NCBI RefSeq assembly: GCF_009914755.1
Contig: NC_060936.1
Length of the DNA: 64,000 bases
From: the human T2T-CHM13v2.0 reference genome, Homo sapiens
Strand: one strand, 5' to 3'
Shown: piece by piece, positions 16,594-36,444 of the stretch
Layout: every line of letters starts with the position of its first letter
Position numbering within the stretch: position 1 is the stretch's first letter
Notes under the pieces: generated by a model
What the model saw: the letters and a program-made list of their open reading frames with translations, nothing else
The model's database searches: none
Told to the model about the DNA's origin: nothing
Position numbers and translations under genes: made by a program

Positions 16594-17265
16594 TGTTATG
16601 GGCTGAATTGTGTTCCTACTCTTCTCCCCAGAATTCATATATTGACATCTTAACCCTTAGAAGATGGAGTCCTTAAAGAGGTAAATAAGTTAAAGGTGAG
16701 CCCTAATCAAATATGGCTGGACTCCTCTTAAGAAGATATTAAGACATAGATACATACAGAGGTAAGACCAGGTGAAGACAAAGAGAGAAGATGACCATCT
16801 GCAAGCCAAGCAGAGAGGCCTTAAAAGAAATCAACTCCTGGCTCATGCCTGTAATCCCAGCACTTTGGGAGGCCGAGGTGGGTGGATCATGAGTTTGGGA
16901 GTTCAAGACAAGCCTGGCCAACATGGTGAAACCCTGTCTCTACTAAAAATACAAAAATTAGCTGGGCGTGGTGGCACACGCTTGTATAGTCCCAGCTATT
17001 TGGGAGGCTGAGGCAGAGTCACTTGAACCTGTGAGGCGGAGGTTGCTGTGAGCCGAGATTGTGCCACTGCACTCCAGCATGGGTGACAGAGACTCCATCA
17101 AAAAAAAAAAAAAAAGAAAAGAAAAGAAATTAACTCAACCAACACCCTGATCTCAGATTTCTAGACTCTAGAACTCTGAAAAAAAATTATTTTTTATTTA
17201 ATTATTTTTATTTAAGCCACCCAGTCTGTGGCATTTCATTATGGAAGCCCTAGAAAACAAATATA
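16594..17265 (-). mobile_element. MLT1-type MaLR LTR interrupted by an Alu
   Basis: TGTTATGGGCTGAATTGTGT start and TTTAAGCCACCCAGTCTGTGG...AAAACAAATA end are MLT1-like. Strand assignment is uncertain. Confidence 0.7.
16839..17121 (+). mobile_element. AluS
   Basis: Alu with A tail; TSD AAAAGAAAT(C/T)AACTC at 16823-16837 and 17122-17136. Confidence 0.93.
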
Positions 17266-17289
17266 GGAGGTTTTCCAGAGCTACACTCC

Positions 17290-17495
17290 AGCACAAATAG
17301 GAAGCATAGGATAAGCACAATAAATACACCACATATCCATTCTTCCTTCAATATACATTTGTGTCGTTGTTCTCCGGCATTACAAAAAGTCACAGTTCAA
17401 GGGAAAATTTTCATTTCCTAGCAAAAATAGACATACATTTATATTACCACATTGCAAATACATTATAAATGTATTTATATGTAAAATCTATAGGA
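17290..17495 (+). promoter_or_regulatory. Candidate lymphoid TATA promoter for the Clr/CLEC2 pseudogene
   Basis: TATAAA at 17464-17469, RUNX ACCACA at 17328 and 17446, AGGAAG near 17299, GGGAAAATTT at 17401; lies just upstream of an exon with a strong donor. Confidence 0.5.
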
Positions 17496-17528
17496 ACACA
17501 GAAGAAAGAAAGAAGAACTGAGACTTAA

Positions 17529-17601
17529 ATGAAGCTTAACTGGTACATCTGGACTCTGATGAGTGAGAAGTCCAAGCAAATAGAAAAGCCACAGCCAAAC
17601 G
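17529..17601 (+). pseudogene. LOC374443: Candidate exon 1 of the Clr/CLEC2 pseudogene (MKLNWYIWTLMSEKSKQIEKPQPN)
   Basis: ATGs at 17529 and 17559 are in frame. Phase-1 donor ACG|GTGAGT at 17602 fits the phase-1 acceptor at 53926. The link to the downstream exons is inferred. Confidence 0.55.
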
Positions 17602-18292
17602 GTGAGTCCCTTCCATGGTTAGAACACATCTGTCTTAACTCAGAAATCACGCCTAATCTTGTTAATATTTTTCTTAGGCGGCAATAAGCACTTTTTAACT
17701 GTTTAAATTTAGCAGGAAACATTTTGTTTATAATTCTGAATTTGAATGGGCTAATTACGGTGCACACAGGCGGTAAATAACAGATGAGGCAGAAGATAAA
17801 TGGAGTGATAGAGCCACAGTCTTTAATCCTTAGAGGCTTTCACTCACTCTCCCATCTTCATTGTCTTACTGCACTCTTCCGATATGATTGACCATCTTCC
17901 AATTCTGTGGATGGAGGGAGAGAGGATATTTCATTGAAAACACTGTCCTTACATTCTCAGTCTTCTCAGAGAATATGCTTCTCTTATTTGTCATCACTGA
18001 ACACTAGAGCTCCCCCAATGACACAACTTTTCTTGTGTATTTTTTTACTATGGTTAAAAAAAACACACAACATAAAATGTGCCAGCATAATCGTTTCTAA
18101 GTGTAGAGTTCACTAATGTTAAGTTATTGACATTGTTATGAAACAGATCTTCAGAACTTTTTTCATCTTACAAAACTGAATCAGTGTACCCTTTAAACAA
18201 TAACCCCTCATTCCTTGCTCCTCTCAGCTCCTGGAAATCACCGCTTTACTTTTTTTCTCTATGAATTTGACTTCCCTAGGTACTTCATGTAA

Positions 18293-18718
<426 letters not shown>

Positions 18719-18849
18719 TAATATTCCACTGTATGAATATACCACATCTTAGTCCCTCACCTGCTAGTGGACACTTGACATGCTTCTACTTTCTGGCTTC
18801 TGTAACTAGTACTGCTGCGAACATGGGTGTAAAAATATCTCCTTGAGAC

Positions 18850-19241
18850 TGGTTTAGTCCATTTGTGCTGGTATAACAAAATACCAAGACTGGGTAATTT
18901 AAGAATAGAAACTTAATTTTTACAGTTCTGGAGGCTAGAAAGTCCACGATCAATGTGCTGGCACTTGCTGTCTGGCAAGGACATTCCTGCTGCATCCTTA
19001 CATGGTGGAGGGGGTGAAAAATGCAAAAAGCATGAATGCTGAGTCTTCACATGGCAAAAGCCAGAAGAGCGCAAAAGGGTCTAAAGCTAGTTCCCTCCAT
19101 CCCTTATAAAAGGCACTAATCCATTTATGAGGCTGGAACCCTCATGACTCAAACACTTCCCCAAAGACCTCACCTCTTAATACCACCACAATGCAGATAG
19201 TTTCAACATGAATTTGGAGGGGGCACATTCAAACCGTAGCA
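18850..19241 (-). mobile_element. MST/MLT-type MaLR LTR
   Basis: TTAGTCCATTTGTGCTGGTATAACAAAATACC...CATTCAAACCGTAGCA. Confidence 0.75.
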
Positions 19242-19246
19242 GAGAC

Positions 19247-19405
19247 TCTTTCTTTCTTCCTTTCTTTCTCTCTCTCTCTCCTCTCTCTCTCTTTCTTTCT
19301 CTTTCTTTTTCTTTCTCTTTCTTTCTTTCTTTCTTTCTTTTTCTCTCTTTCTCTCTCTCTTTCTTTCTCTCTCTCTCTCTTTCTTTCTTTTTCTTTCTCT
19401 TTCTT

Positions 19406-19456
<51 letters not shown>

Positions 19457-19478
19457 TCTTTCCTTCTTTCTTTCTTTT
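19247..19478. repeat. (TC)n/(TTTC)n polypyrimidine tract
   Basis: About 230 bp of C/T only. Confidence 0.93.
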
Positions 19479-20799
19479 AATATACCTAGAAGGGGGATTA
19501 CTGGGTTATATGGTAATTCTATTTTTAGTGTTCTGAGGAATCATCACACTATTTTTCATAGTGGTGGCACCACTTTACAATCCCACCAACAATGCATAAG
19601 GTTTCCAATTTCTCCGCCTCCTTACCAACACTTATTTTCTGTTTTATTTCATTTTGTTTAACAGTAGCCATCCTAATAGGTTTGAAGTGATACCTCATCT
19701 TGTTTTTAATTCTAACATCCCTTCTATGCCTGGTTCTGATGCTTGCTCTGTCCTTTCATTGATTTTTTGCCTTTTAAGATGGCTTTTTTTTCCCCCTTGA
19801 TAGCCTGATAATATACCAAGAAAAAAGGAACCGCTGCAATTTGATCTTTAGTATTGCGGTGAGGTGTGGGGAGAGGGAAGTAAGACTAGATCTCAGATTT
19901 GTAGTGAGGCCTCTGGACTGCGAGCTTCACAAATGTTTCTATTTTCTTTTCCATCCCACTTAGGCGGGAAAGGATGGCTAGAGTGGTCTGAAGTTGGATA
20001 TTTCTCTTCTCCCATGTGGAAGGCTAGAGCTGACTAGAGTTGTATAACGCTTCTTCTAGGTCAGTTAGACTCTTAATAATGCCCCAGCAATGTAGGTCCT
20101 GGTTTACTATTGTCTCCTGAGGGCAGAACCTTTTTAAGAAGAACACAGTGTAAGAAAAAAAAATGAAGAAGAAGAAGAAGAAAGAAGAAGAACACAGTGC
20201 TCTGGCATATTTTAAAATTATTCCTTTCTCCCCCTACTGGAAGCATGAGAGGGTTTTTCTCTAATATTTTCTGTGAGAACCTGGTCAAGTTCCCAGAGGT
20301 AAATCTCACAAAATTGTGGGATCCTCATATGACTGGGTCCCCCTGGAGTTTTTAACTCTCAAAGTTGCCTGCACTGTGCCTCCAGCACCTCATCCATTAT
20401 AGTCCGTGTTTTCCTCTCCCAGCTCTTGCTCTCATGATAGTTTCTCTTCCTGTATTTTCCCGTCTGCCTCTTCAAACCTGGGTGCAGGCATTTGCTGTTT
20501 CTTCAGTGCTCTTACATATCCTAGAAGAGTTGTTGATTTGTCAGTCTGTTCAACTTTTCCTCGTATTTAATCTGAAGTGGCAACTTCCAAGCACCTTATA
20601 GGCAGAACTGGAAACTGGAAGTTTTTTCTCATTGTGGTTTTGACTTAAATTTTCCTGATGATTAGTGAAGTTGAGCAACTTTTTATATTCCTGTTGGCCA
20701 CTTACATGTTATCTTACATGAAAGAAACTTACATGAAAGAAACATCTATTCAATTTCTTTGCCCATTTTTTAATCAGGCCATTTGATTTTTGCTTATGA

Positions 20800-21241
<442 letters not shown>

Positions 21242-22524
21242 TAGTCTCATTTACCTATTTTTGCTTTCATTACCTGTGTTTTTAGTGTCATATCCAATAA
21301 ATCATTGTCAAGTCCAGTGTCATGAAGCTTTCCCTATATGTTTTCTTATAGGAATTTTATAAATTTAGGTTTTATGTTTAAGTCATTAATATATTTTGAG
21401 TTAATGGTGTAAAATAAAGGCCCAACTTCATTCTTTTGCATGTAGATATCCAGTTTTTTCAATATCAGTTGTTGAAGAGACTGTTTTTCCCCACTGAGTG
21501 GTCTTGGCATCCTTGTCAAAGATCATTTGACCACATGCATGAAAATTTAATTTATAGGCTGTGTATTCTATTCAACTGGTCTATTTGTTTTTGTGCTAGT
21601 ACCACACTACTTTGATTATCATAGATTTGTAATATGTTTTGAAATCAGGAAATGTAAGTCCTCCAACTTTGTTCTTTTTCAAAATTGTTTTGACTATTCG
21701 GAGTCCTTTTATATACCAAATGAATTTCAGGATACATTTTTCTATTTCTCCAAAAGATCCCATAAGGATTTTGATAAGGATTGCATTGACTCTGTAGGTC
21801 ACTTCGGACATTATGAACAATGTAACAATATTAAGTTATCTAATCCATGAACACAGGATATCTTTCATTTATTAGTGTCTGCTTTAATTTCATTCAGCAA
21901 CGTTTTATGGTTTGCAGTGTACAAGCTTCTCATCTCCTTGGTTAGGTTTATTCCTAAGCTTTTTATTGTTTTGAGTGAAATTGTAAATGGATTTGTTTTC
22001 TTAATTTCCTTTTTGGATTGTTCATTATTCATGTATAGAAATGCAACTGATTTCTGTGTGTTGGTTTTGTACCTTGCAACTTTGCTTAATTCATTTATTA
22101 GTTCTAACAGATTTTTATTGTGTATGGAATCATTAGAGTTTTCTATGTATACGATTTTGTCCTCTGTAAACAGAGATTATTTACTTCTTCTTTTCCCATC
22201 TGGATGCCTTTTATTTCTTTTTATTGCTTAATTGTTCTGGCTATAATTTTCAGTTCTATGTTGAATAGAAGTAGTAAGAGTGAGCATCTTTGCCTTGTTT
22301 CTGATATTAGAGAAAAAGCTTTCAGTCTTTTATCCTTGTGTATGATGTTATCTGTGGCCTCTTTATAAATGGTCTTAATTGTGTTCATGGACTGGCCTTC
22401 TCTTCCCATTTTATTAAGTGTTTTAACATGAAAGAGTGTTTAATCTTGTCAAATGATATTTCTCCACTGATTGAGATAATCGTGATTTTTGTCCTTTATT
22501 CTGTTAATGTGTTATATTACATTG

Positions 22525-22842
22525 TTTTTTTCTTTTTTTCTTACTTTTTTTTTTTTTTTAATGAGACAGGGTCTCACGCTGTCACCCAGGCTGGAGTGGA
22601 ATGGCGCTATCTTGACTCACTACAGCCTTAATCTCCTGAGCTCAAGCAATCCTCTCACCTCAGGCTCCTGAGTAGCTGGGACTACAAGTATGTACCACCA
22701 CGCCTGGCTAGTTTTCATATTTTTTTATACATATGGGGTTTTGCCATGTTGCCCAGGCTGGTCTTGAACTCTTGAGCTCAAGCAATCCACCCACCTCCAC
22801 CTCACAAAGTGCTGGGATCACAGGCATGAGCCATTGCACCCA
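22525..22842 (-). mobile_element. AluJ-like
   Basis: Diverged reverse Alu dimer with T-rich tail. Confidence 0.9.
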
Positions 22843-24373
22843 TAGATTGATTTTCATATGCTAAACTCTCCTTGCATTCCTGGAGTAAATCCCATTTGGT
22901 TATCATATATGATTCTTTTAATATGCTATTTAATTTGGTTTGCTAGTATTTTGTTGAGGATTTTTGCATTCACATTCATCGGAGATATTGGTCTGTAGTT
23001 TTCTTTTCTTGCAGTGTCTTTGCCTCACTTTGGTATTAGGGCAATTTTGGCCTGATATAAGGAACTTAGAAGCATTCCCTCCTCTTGAATTCTATGAAAG
23101 AGTTTCAGGAAAACTGGTGTTAATTCTTTTGTAAATGTTTAGTAGAATTCTCCAGCGAAGCCATCTGGGATTTCTTTTTAGGGGGATTTTTGATTACTAA
23201 TTCAATCTTCATACTATTTATTGATCTTTTCAGATTTTTTATATCTACATGATTCAGTCTTGCTAGATTGTATGTTTCTAGGGATTTGTACATTTCTTTT
23301 AGGTTATTCAATTTGTTGGCATGCCATTGTTCACAGTATTCTCATGATCCTTTTTATTTCTGTGGTATCAATTGTAATATCTCTTTTTTCACTTCTGATT
23401 TTATTTATTTGCATCTTCTCTTTTTTTTAATCTAGCTAAGGGTTTATGAATTTTATTGGTTTTTTGTCCATTATTTTTAGTTTTTATTTTGTTTATCGCT
23501 GCTCTAATCTTTATTATTTCCCTTCTGCTAAATTTGAGTTTAGTTTGTTCTTATTTTTTGGTTTCCTAAGGTGTAAAGTTAGATCATGAAAATTTCTTTA
23601 TCATTGCTTTTGCTCCATCCCACAAGTTTTGGTATGTTGTGTTTTCACTCTCATTTGTCTCAGTGTATTTCCTAATTTCCATTGTGACTTGTTTTGTGAC
23701 CCCATTGGTCATTTAAGGGTTGTTTAATTTCTAAATATTTGTAGATTTTTCAGTTTCTCTTGTGTTAGTGATTTCTAGTTCACTATATGGGGATTGGAAA
23801 AGATACTTTCTATGATTTAAATGTTTTTTGAATTTGTTAAGACATGTTTTGTGACCTAACATGTGATGTATCCTGGAGAATGTTCCATGTGCACTCAAAA
23901 CGAATGCATACCCTGGTGCTGTTGGTTGGAATGTTCTGTATATATCTGTTGGGTCCGATTGGTTTATAGTGTTGTTCAAGTTTTCTATTTCCTTATTAAT
24001 CTTCTGTCTGGTTCTTCTGTCAACTATTAAATGTAACTTATTGAAGTATACTACAATTGTGTTTCTGTATTTTTCTCCCTTCAATTCTTTCAAAGCTTGA
24101 TTTATATATTTAGGAGCTATTAGGTTTGGTGCATAAGTATTCATAATTGTAATATATTCATGGTGAATTGAATGTTTTTCATTATATGTTGTCCATCTTT
24201 GTCTTCTGTAAGTTTTTCATTTAAAGTCTATTTGTTTGCTATTAGTATAGCCACTCTTGCTCTATTTTGGTTATTATTTGCCCAGAATATGTTTTTTTCC
24301 ATTTTTTCACTTTTAGCCTATATATGTCCTGATATTAAGATTTACTTTGTAATTTTCTTAATTGCTTTTTGTT

Positions 24374-24479
24374 AAGAAATAAAACACTTCACAAATTTGC
24401 ATGTCATCCTTGCTCAAGGGCCGCACAAGTCTTCTCTGTCTTGTTCCGACTTTAGTTTATGTACTGCTGAAGCAAGCAC
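24374..24479 (-). pseudogene. U6 snRNA retropseudogene
   Basis: Reverse complement GTGCTTGCTTCAGCAGTACATAAACTAAAGTCGGAACAAGACAGAGAAGAC...AAGGATGACATGCAAATTTGTGAAG matches full-length U6, including the ACAGAGA box, with many substitutions. A-rich tail; no PSE/TATA seen. Confidence 0.92.
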
Positions 24480-26844
24480 TGTCAATTTTTTTGCATGTCC
24501 TGTGAGTTTTTTATCCCTCACTTTCTCTGCCTTCCTTTGTATTACACTGATTTTTCGGAGTGACATACTTTGATTCTTTTTGCATTTTCTTTTTTCCTCT
24601 CTTCTATAGATATTTTCTTTGTGGTCACCATGGTAATTATGTAAAGCATCTTAAAGTTATAGTAGTCTATTTTAAACTGTTAACAACTTCAATCATACAC
24701 AAACACTGTACTACTTTGCAGCTTTGCCCCCCCGCAACACTTTATGTTATTGATGTCACAAGTTACATGTTTATATACTGTATACCAGTTAACAAGCAAT
24801 TGTGCTTATTTGTTGTGCAATTTTATCATTTAAAATCTATGCACCAAAATTAAGATAGTACATGTTACTCTATTTGCCCATGAATTTACCTTTGATTCTT
24901 CTTTTTGATCAAGTCTGCTATTGAACCCCTCTAATAAGCTTTTCAGTTCAGTTATTGTATTTTTCACTCTATAATTTCCATTTGGTTCTTTGTTATAGTG
25001 TTTTGTATATTTGTTAATAACCTCATCGTGTTGATGCACCATTTTTCTTATTTCCTTTAGCTGCATACCTGTGCCCTTTTTGAGCTCATTGAGTGTATTT
25101 ATGACAGTTTAAAAAATTCCTTGTCGAGCAGCTCTTAGATCTGTGTTGCTTTAGTTTTAGGACAGGTTTTATTTTGGTCCTTTGATTGGGCCATGTTTCT
25201 CTGTTTCTTTGTATTCCTTGTGAGATATATATATACTTTTTTTCTGGGTTTTGGGCCTTTGGAAAAACAACCACCTCTCTTAGCTTTACCAATCAACCCA
25301 GTTTGAGGTTCTGGGACCTTTGAAACCTTTTCTCATGTCTTACTTTTCTTGGTGTTGTCCTATAAAACTGCAACTCTAACATGCTGCTTGCCTTTGCCTT
25401 CAGTGCCTTCCACACTCTACTACCAGTCCTACCAGCACTGTGAGTCAGGGAAGACAGAAACCAGTTCCTCAGGCAGCCCTCAGACAAGCCAGAGCATTAG
25501 ATGCATGGTCCACTTTTTTGTTTTCATCAGGAGAGAGAATCCGCTGTATGGGGTGGTTCCTCCCAGTTGCTTCACAGTATATTGCATAAAGGAGGGACAT
25601 GAATGGGCGTGTCGAATGTCACAAATTTTTTCTATCCTTTTTCTGGGGGGGAATCCTTTCTTGGTTTTATAATGGGCTGGTGCTTCAGCTTCTCCAGTAG
25701 TCTCTAAAGTTGCCACAGCAATGGGCCTGTGGGGAAGAGAGTCCCATAATTTCCTATTCTGCTCTCTTGCTAATGTCATCCCTTCCTTTTTTCATTTTTA
25801 AGCCTAAAGTAGATTCTCTTAGCTCATGATTAACACTTGCTGACTTTTGTATCTTTACCTTCTTGCACAAAATTATCCTCTTAATCACTTCTTTTTGTGG
25901 CCACCTTCTGGGCTCTATTGTGGCTCTTCATTTTCAACAGTTACATTGTTTTTATTTTACTGTATTTTCCTGTCCACCCACCCCAATGCCCACTGCTGAC
26001 CTGGCAAAGTTCAATGTCAAAAATAGGTAATCTAGTCAAAAACTTGTCTTTATTGTTCCTCGAGCTGCTCAATTATTACCTCTACTATTACTACATTATA
26101 AATCTTAGGATCACATATACTCATTAATTCTTTGAATTTTTTAGCTTTCATATTATATTGTGTGTGTATGTGTGTGGGTGTTTTGACAATTCTCTCTCTA
26201 TTTATATTTTCTCATGATAAGATATTCATAAATTCTGATATGCTTTGCTGTAAAGTGTAATTTGCATAATTAGATCATCAAATGGATTCACTAGCATAAA
26301 TAGAAAAAAATTATAGGTCTGAATTTTCATGAGGGTTTTATGTATGTGTATATATATATAGAGAGATAGAACATATATGTTTATAGGCACATTGTAATAA
26401 TATATTATATATTACATATGTATATACAGTATATACACACATTAAAAATTGTATAACAAGAATCTGTTGTGATAGAAGAAAATTGCGCAGGTGATTGGTT
26501 GTTGCTCTTCATACTCTGTAACAAGCAAAATGATCAATCAATATGTTTCATGCCATGTATGGACAAGTGAAGCCTCTTCTTTGGTTGATATTTCTAACTA
26601 GTTTATACTTTTGCACCTTATAGGCTTTTGCAAGCATCTGTTTGAAGAGAATGGCTTACCTCAAATCAGTTGTTTTTGGTATGGCCATTGTAGATTCCTA
26701 GTAGTCACAGTCATGCTTCAGAACTTGAAGTTATACTTGAGTGCACTAAACCACAATTTTAATCCCCTAATTACATCATCAGACTTCTAGTCACTCTATT
26801 GACCTTTCTAAGATATTCCAACACTTTTCATTTACTTGATGAAT

Positions 26845-27050
26845 GTTTCTTTAAGTGTGGTCCATGAACCACCTGAAATAATTTTTAGCACATTCTCCAT
26901 TCTAGCTAACTGTACTTTGGGAAGAAAAAGGGGTTTATGTGGCAAGAATCTGCATTATTAACAAGTTTTCAAGTTATTCTTATATATACTATAGTTTGAG
27001 ATCTTTATATGCACTAAAGCATTATATACTAAAGCTTGAGAATAATGCTA
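26845..27050. mobile_element. MER5-like DNA transposon remnant
   Basis: TTTCTTAAGTGTGGTCC...GAATCTGCATTATTAACAAG...AAAGCTTGAGAA pattern. Confidence 0.55.
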
Positions 27051-27524
27051 TAAATATATTGAATTGTTCAATGCAAATGACCCAGGAGACACTTCCATAA
27101 TTGTGGCAGACTCTGTGCATCCTAAAAATTTAGATAAGATGTATGGCAGAACCAAATACCCTAGTACCAGTAAAATGACTGTTAGTTATCAAATAGTCAT
27201 ATAGTTAAGAACATTTTCACTGAATCACTAAAGAGTGGATTGTGAAACTCACACACACTTACATCTCACTTCATAATTATCGGTGATCTTTAAGAAATAA
27301 GTGTGTGCTCTCATGATAGACACATAATGAAAATGTTCTTCGATGGATAAACACTTCCTGTCTTCTGAGTTCAAAGCCAGAAGACTGTTTCCACTGTCAA
27401 GTAATTTGAGCACCTGGTATAATTCTGCTCCAATAATAGGAAGTGACTTTTAGGAAATCTCAGATTTTGCTGTTTTTTTAACCTGTAATGGGAGAATGTC
27501 AGTCTTGGAGACACGTAAGCTCTT

Positions 27525-33637
<6,113 letters not shown>

Positions 33638-33639
33638 CA

Positions 33640-33987
33640 TGCCAACTGTCCTCCCTAATCTTTTATTATGCAGATGGGTTCTCTACCTGGCCTGTGCCTT
33701 GTTGCCTGTTCCTTTACTGTACATGTGATGACAAGAAAAGAAGATGGACCCTCCATGTTGAACATGCCTGGCCCTCAGGTAGCCCTTTTCTATTGGCACA
33801 GCTGCTGGCATTCATCTGTGCAAGCTTCCAGCTTGCTCATGTATGTCTGCAGCTCGATTTCTCAGGCTGCTCTTTGTTAGAAAAGAAATGATTTTTTGGG
33901 CTGCTTTTTGTTAAAATGGAAAATTCTGCCTATGACTCTGTTGTCCTTACTATCTGCCTAAATAATTTATTTCTATGTCCTGTATCA
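33640..33987 (-). mobile_element. ERV1 LTR 5' half (LTR9-like), truncated at L1 element B
   Basis: Reverse complement starts TGATACAGGACATAGAAATAAATTATTTAGGCAGATAG. Confidence 0.7.
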
Positions 33988-34188
33988 CTGGATTCCCCCC
34001 ACCTACCAAGTTGTTCTTAAAAACTGCTCCCTGAATGCTCTAAGAGACTGATTTGAGTTTTGAATAAAACTCTGGACTCCCACACAGCTGCCTCTGCATG
34101 AGTTACTCTTTCTCTATTGCAATTTCCCTGTCTTGATATATTGGCTCTGTCTAGGCCTTGGGCAAGGTGAACCTGTTGGGTGGTTACA
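33988..34188 (+). mobile_element. LTR8-like ERV1 LTR 3' portion
   Basis: AATAAAACTC...GGCAAGGTGAACCTGTTGGGTGGTTACA end. Confidence 0.7.
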
Positions 34189-34203
34189 TTCTCACTGTTA
34201 TAA

Positions 34204-34362
34204 TTTTTCAAAGGTGATTTCAGTCATGCCACCATCAGTGTAGGTCTCACCTGGGAGATTGTTAGAAATGTAGAATCCTGGACCCAGTGAATATGAATCT
34301 GCAGTTTTAAAAGATCTCCAGGTAATACATAGATGAATTAAAGTTTTAGAGCTAATGCTATA
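34204..34362. mobile_element. MER5A-like DNA transposon
   Basis: TTGTTAGAAATGTAGAATCCTGG...GAATCTGCAGTTTTAAAAGATCTCCAGGT. Confidence 0.65.
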
Positions 34363-34620
34363 AGTGACATGGCTTCTTGATAAGTTATTTTCCGATTTTC
34401 AATCTGAGGTCCCCTGGGCTGCCTGCATGGATGTGTGGATAGGGGTTGAGGAAAAGGATGAACATTGGTGTTTCTCTTCAAGAGTTTGAATTTGATGTTT
34501 GTTTGCACACTTCAATGTATCTGTATATTTTAAAAAGTGGAGCAGTTATTCCTAGAGTGAAACTTTTGTATTCACCTAGAAAATCCATTTCAACTATCTG
34601 AGTTAGTTTACCAACAGTTC

Positions 34621-34634
34621 CCAGAAGAGGGCGC
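34621..34634 (+). promoter_or_regulatory. Candidate CTCF site
   Basis: CCAGAAGAGGGCGC matches the CCASYAGRKGGCRS core with one mismatch, in unique AT-rich DNA. Confidence 0.55.
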
Positions 34635-35131
34635 TGCAATGCCTTTCTTTTTCTGTCCTTACACCTGTGTACTGAAGTCAGAAACTAATTGATGAAATGT
34701 TTAAATCCACATTATTTCATTGGAGGTACCAATACTTGTATTTGCTAAGTAGATATTCTTTTCTTTACTTTGTAGATGAGTAAACAGGAAGACTGAACTG
34801 TTTCTCAACTCCCAAATTCAGGCTTCTTTCAAAATCTACAGTATCATTGGGGGCTGTTATACCAGGACACATGGAGGTGAAGAACTAAAGCAAAATCGTG
34901 TCTACTTCACAGTTTTGCCTAAGGCTGGGCTTAATTCTTAAAAAGGTAGCTCTGCTCTTAGTTGAGTGGTCTGGCTAAATTCAAGCAGATTAAACCAGTG
35001 TTTATTGTGTTGCTTTGCTAAAAGCCTTTTAGCTGCTTTCAACACAAAATGTTATCCATATTGCTTAGACTTTGCAAACGTAAATAAAATATTCTGTTAT
35101 GAGTTTTGCAAGAATTTTGAGGGTGAGTTAA

Positions 35132-35707
35132 TGTCAAGGTACCTCTGAACAAGATTTTATACATGTATAGGATGAACGGGACTGCCTTGATGTTCCCCTC
35201 AACTTGACTAAACTTTAGACAGATTTCTCCCTGACGTATCACTCCTTTACTTCTCTTTTCTTAGATTGTTTACTTTAGAAAACTTCCCACTATAAATTCT
35301 TTCTGTCTTCTTATTTGAGATTTAAATTTTTCTCTAGCCTTTTATCGGTTTTGCAACCCAGGAATATCTTTCTCAAAGACCTGGGAGCCATTTCTTTGAA
35401 AAATAATCATCAAGAAAAATAGTTCCCTTATCTTCCCATCTCTGTGGGAGGGTAGTACTCTAACTTCCATATGTGCCAGTTAGCAAATACAGATGGCCTA
35501 ATCATGTTGACCCACCTTCCCCACTAATATTCTCCAGAACTTTTTCACTAGCATACTCCAGCCTTTACAATCTCTCCTGCTTTTTGTTCAACAGATTTGA
35601 ATACAGTCTCTCTTTCTTATTGGAACAGGCTTGACACCTATTGCAACAATTTTGAATAAAGTCTTCCTTGCCTATTTAACTTTGTCCAATGCAATTTTTC
35701 TTTGAGA
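35132..35707 (+). mobile_element. ERV1 solo LTR (MER31/MER34/MER67 group)
   Basis: TTGACTAAACTTTAGACAG...AATAAAGTCTTCCTTGCC...TTTTTCTTTGA. Confidence 0.6.
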
Positions 35708-36079
35708 ATAGCCTACAGAGATTCAAATACAATAAGGTTATTGTATTAGCTACTTGCATACTACTAGCATTCTTTATGACTCATTATTAGAAAATAATAA
35801 GTGCAATTGAGGAATATGGGTATTTTTCCTCTACAATTGAAACCACTGAAAAGTAATCCTATAAACAAAGTAGCCCCTGTCCAATGTCTTTCCCTTATAT
35901 CTTCCTAAAACACATTATTCTACTGTTCTTCCCACTTCAAGGGCCACAGTTTCTCATTTGCTGACTTTTCCTGTGTTTTCCTCTAAATGCAAAATTAAGA
36001 TTTTATTCTTGGCTCACTTCACTTCTGTATTTACACAGGTACAGATGTGTAGATTAACAGATCTAGTTGTCGCTTCCAC

Positions 36080-36440
36080 AGTTACCCTTCTGCAAACCTG
36101 TTCCACCTAGCAGTCAGAGGTATCTTCTAAAATATAAAAATGCAAAAGTATCTTTTCTCTGCTTGAAGTCCTTCAATAGCTCCTTTTTGCAGTTAGAGAA
36201 AAAAATGATACCCAAATCCTTCTCACTGTTTAACAAGGTCCAATACAATCTAGCATCTTTACATGTCCTCAGCCTCAACCTTCACCACTCATCCTTCTCC
36301 ACTTCTGCCTCCACTGCCATGTTGATCATATTAGATCCACAAGAACTTCTTTCCATTCCTAGCACATGCCAGGTTCCCCTTCCTTAGGCCCTTTGCTCCT
36401 GCTGTTCCCAAGGTAAGGAATGCTCATTCCTCAGATCTAT
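36080..36440 (+). mobile_element. L2 fragment
   Basis: GGCCCTTTGCTCCTGCTGTTCCC...GGAATGCTC type motifs. Confidence 0.5.
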
Positions 36441-36444
36441 TTTG

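Noticed and set aside
26624-26678. Possible small exon (TATAG acceptor, GTATGG donor)
   Set aside because: No lectin-family homology or other support; such splice-like pairs arise by chance.
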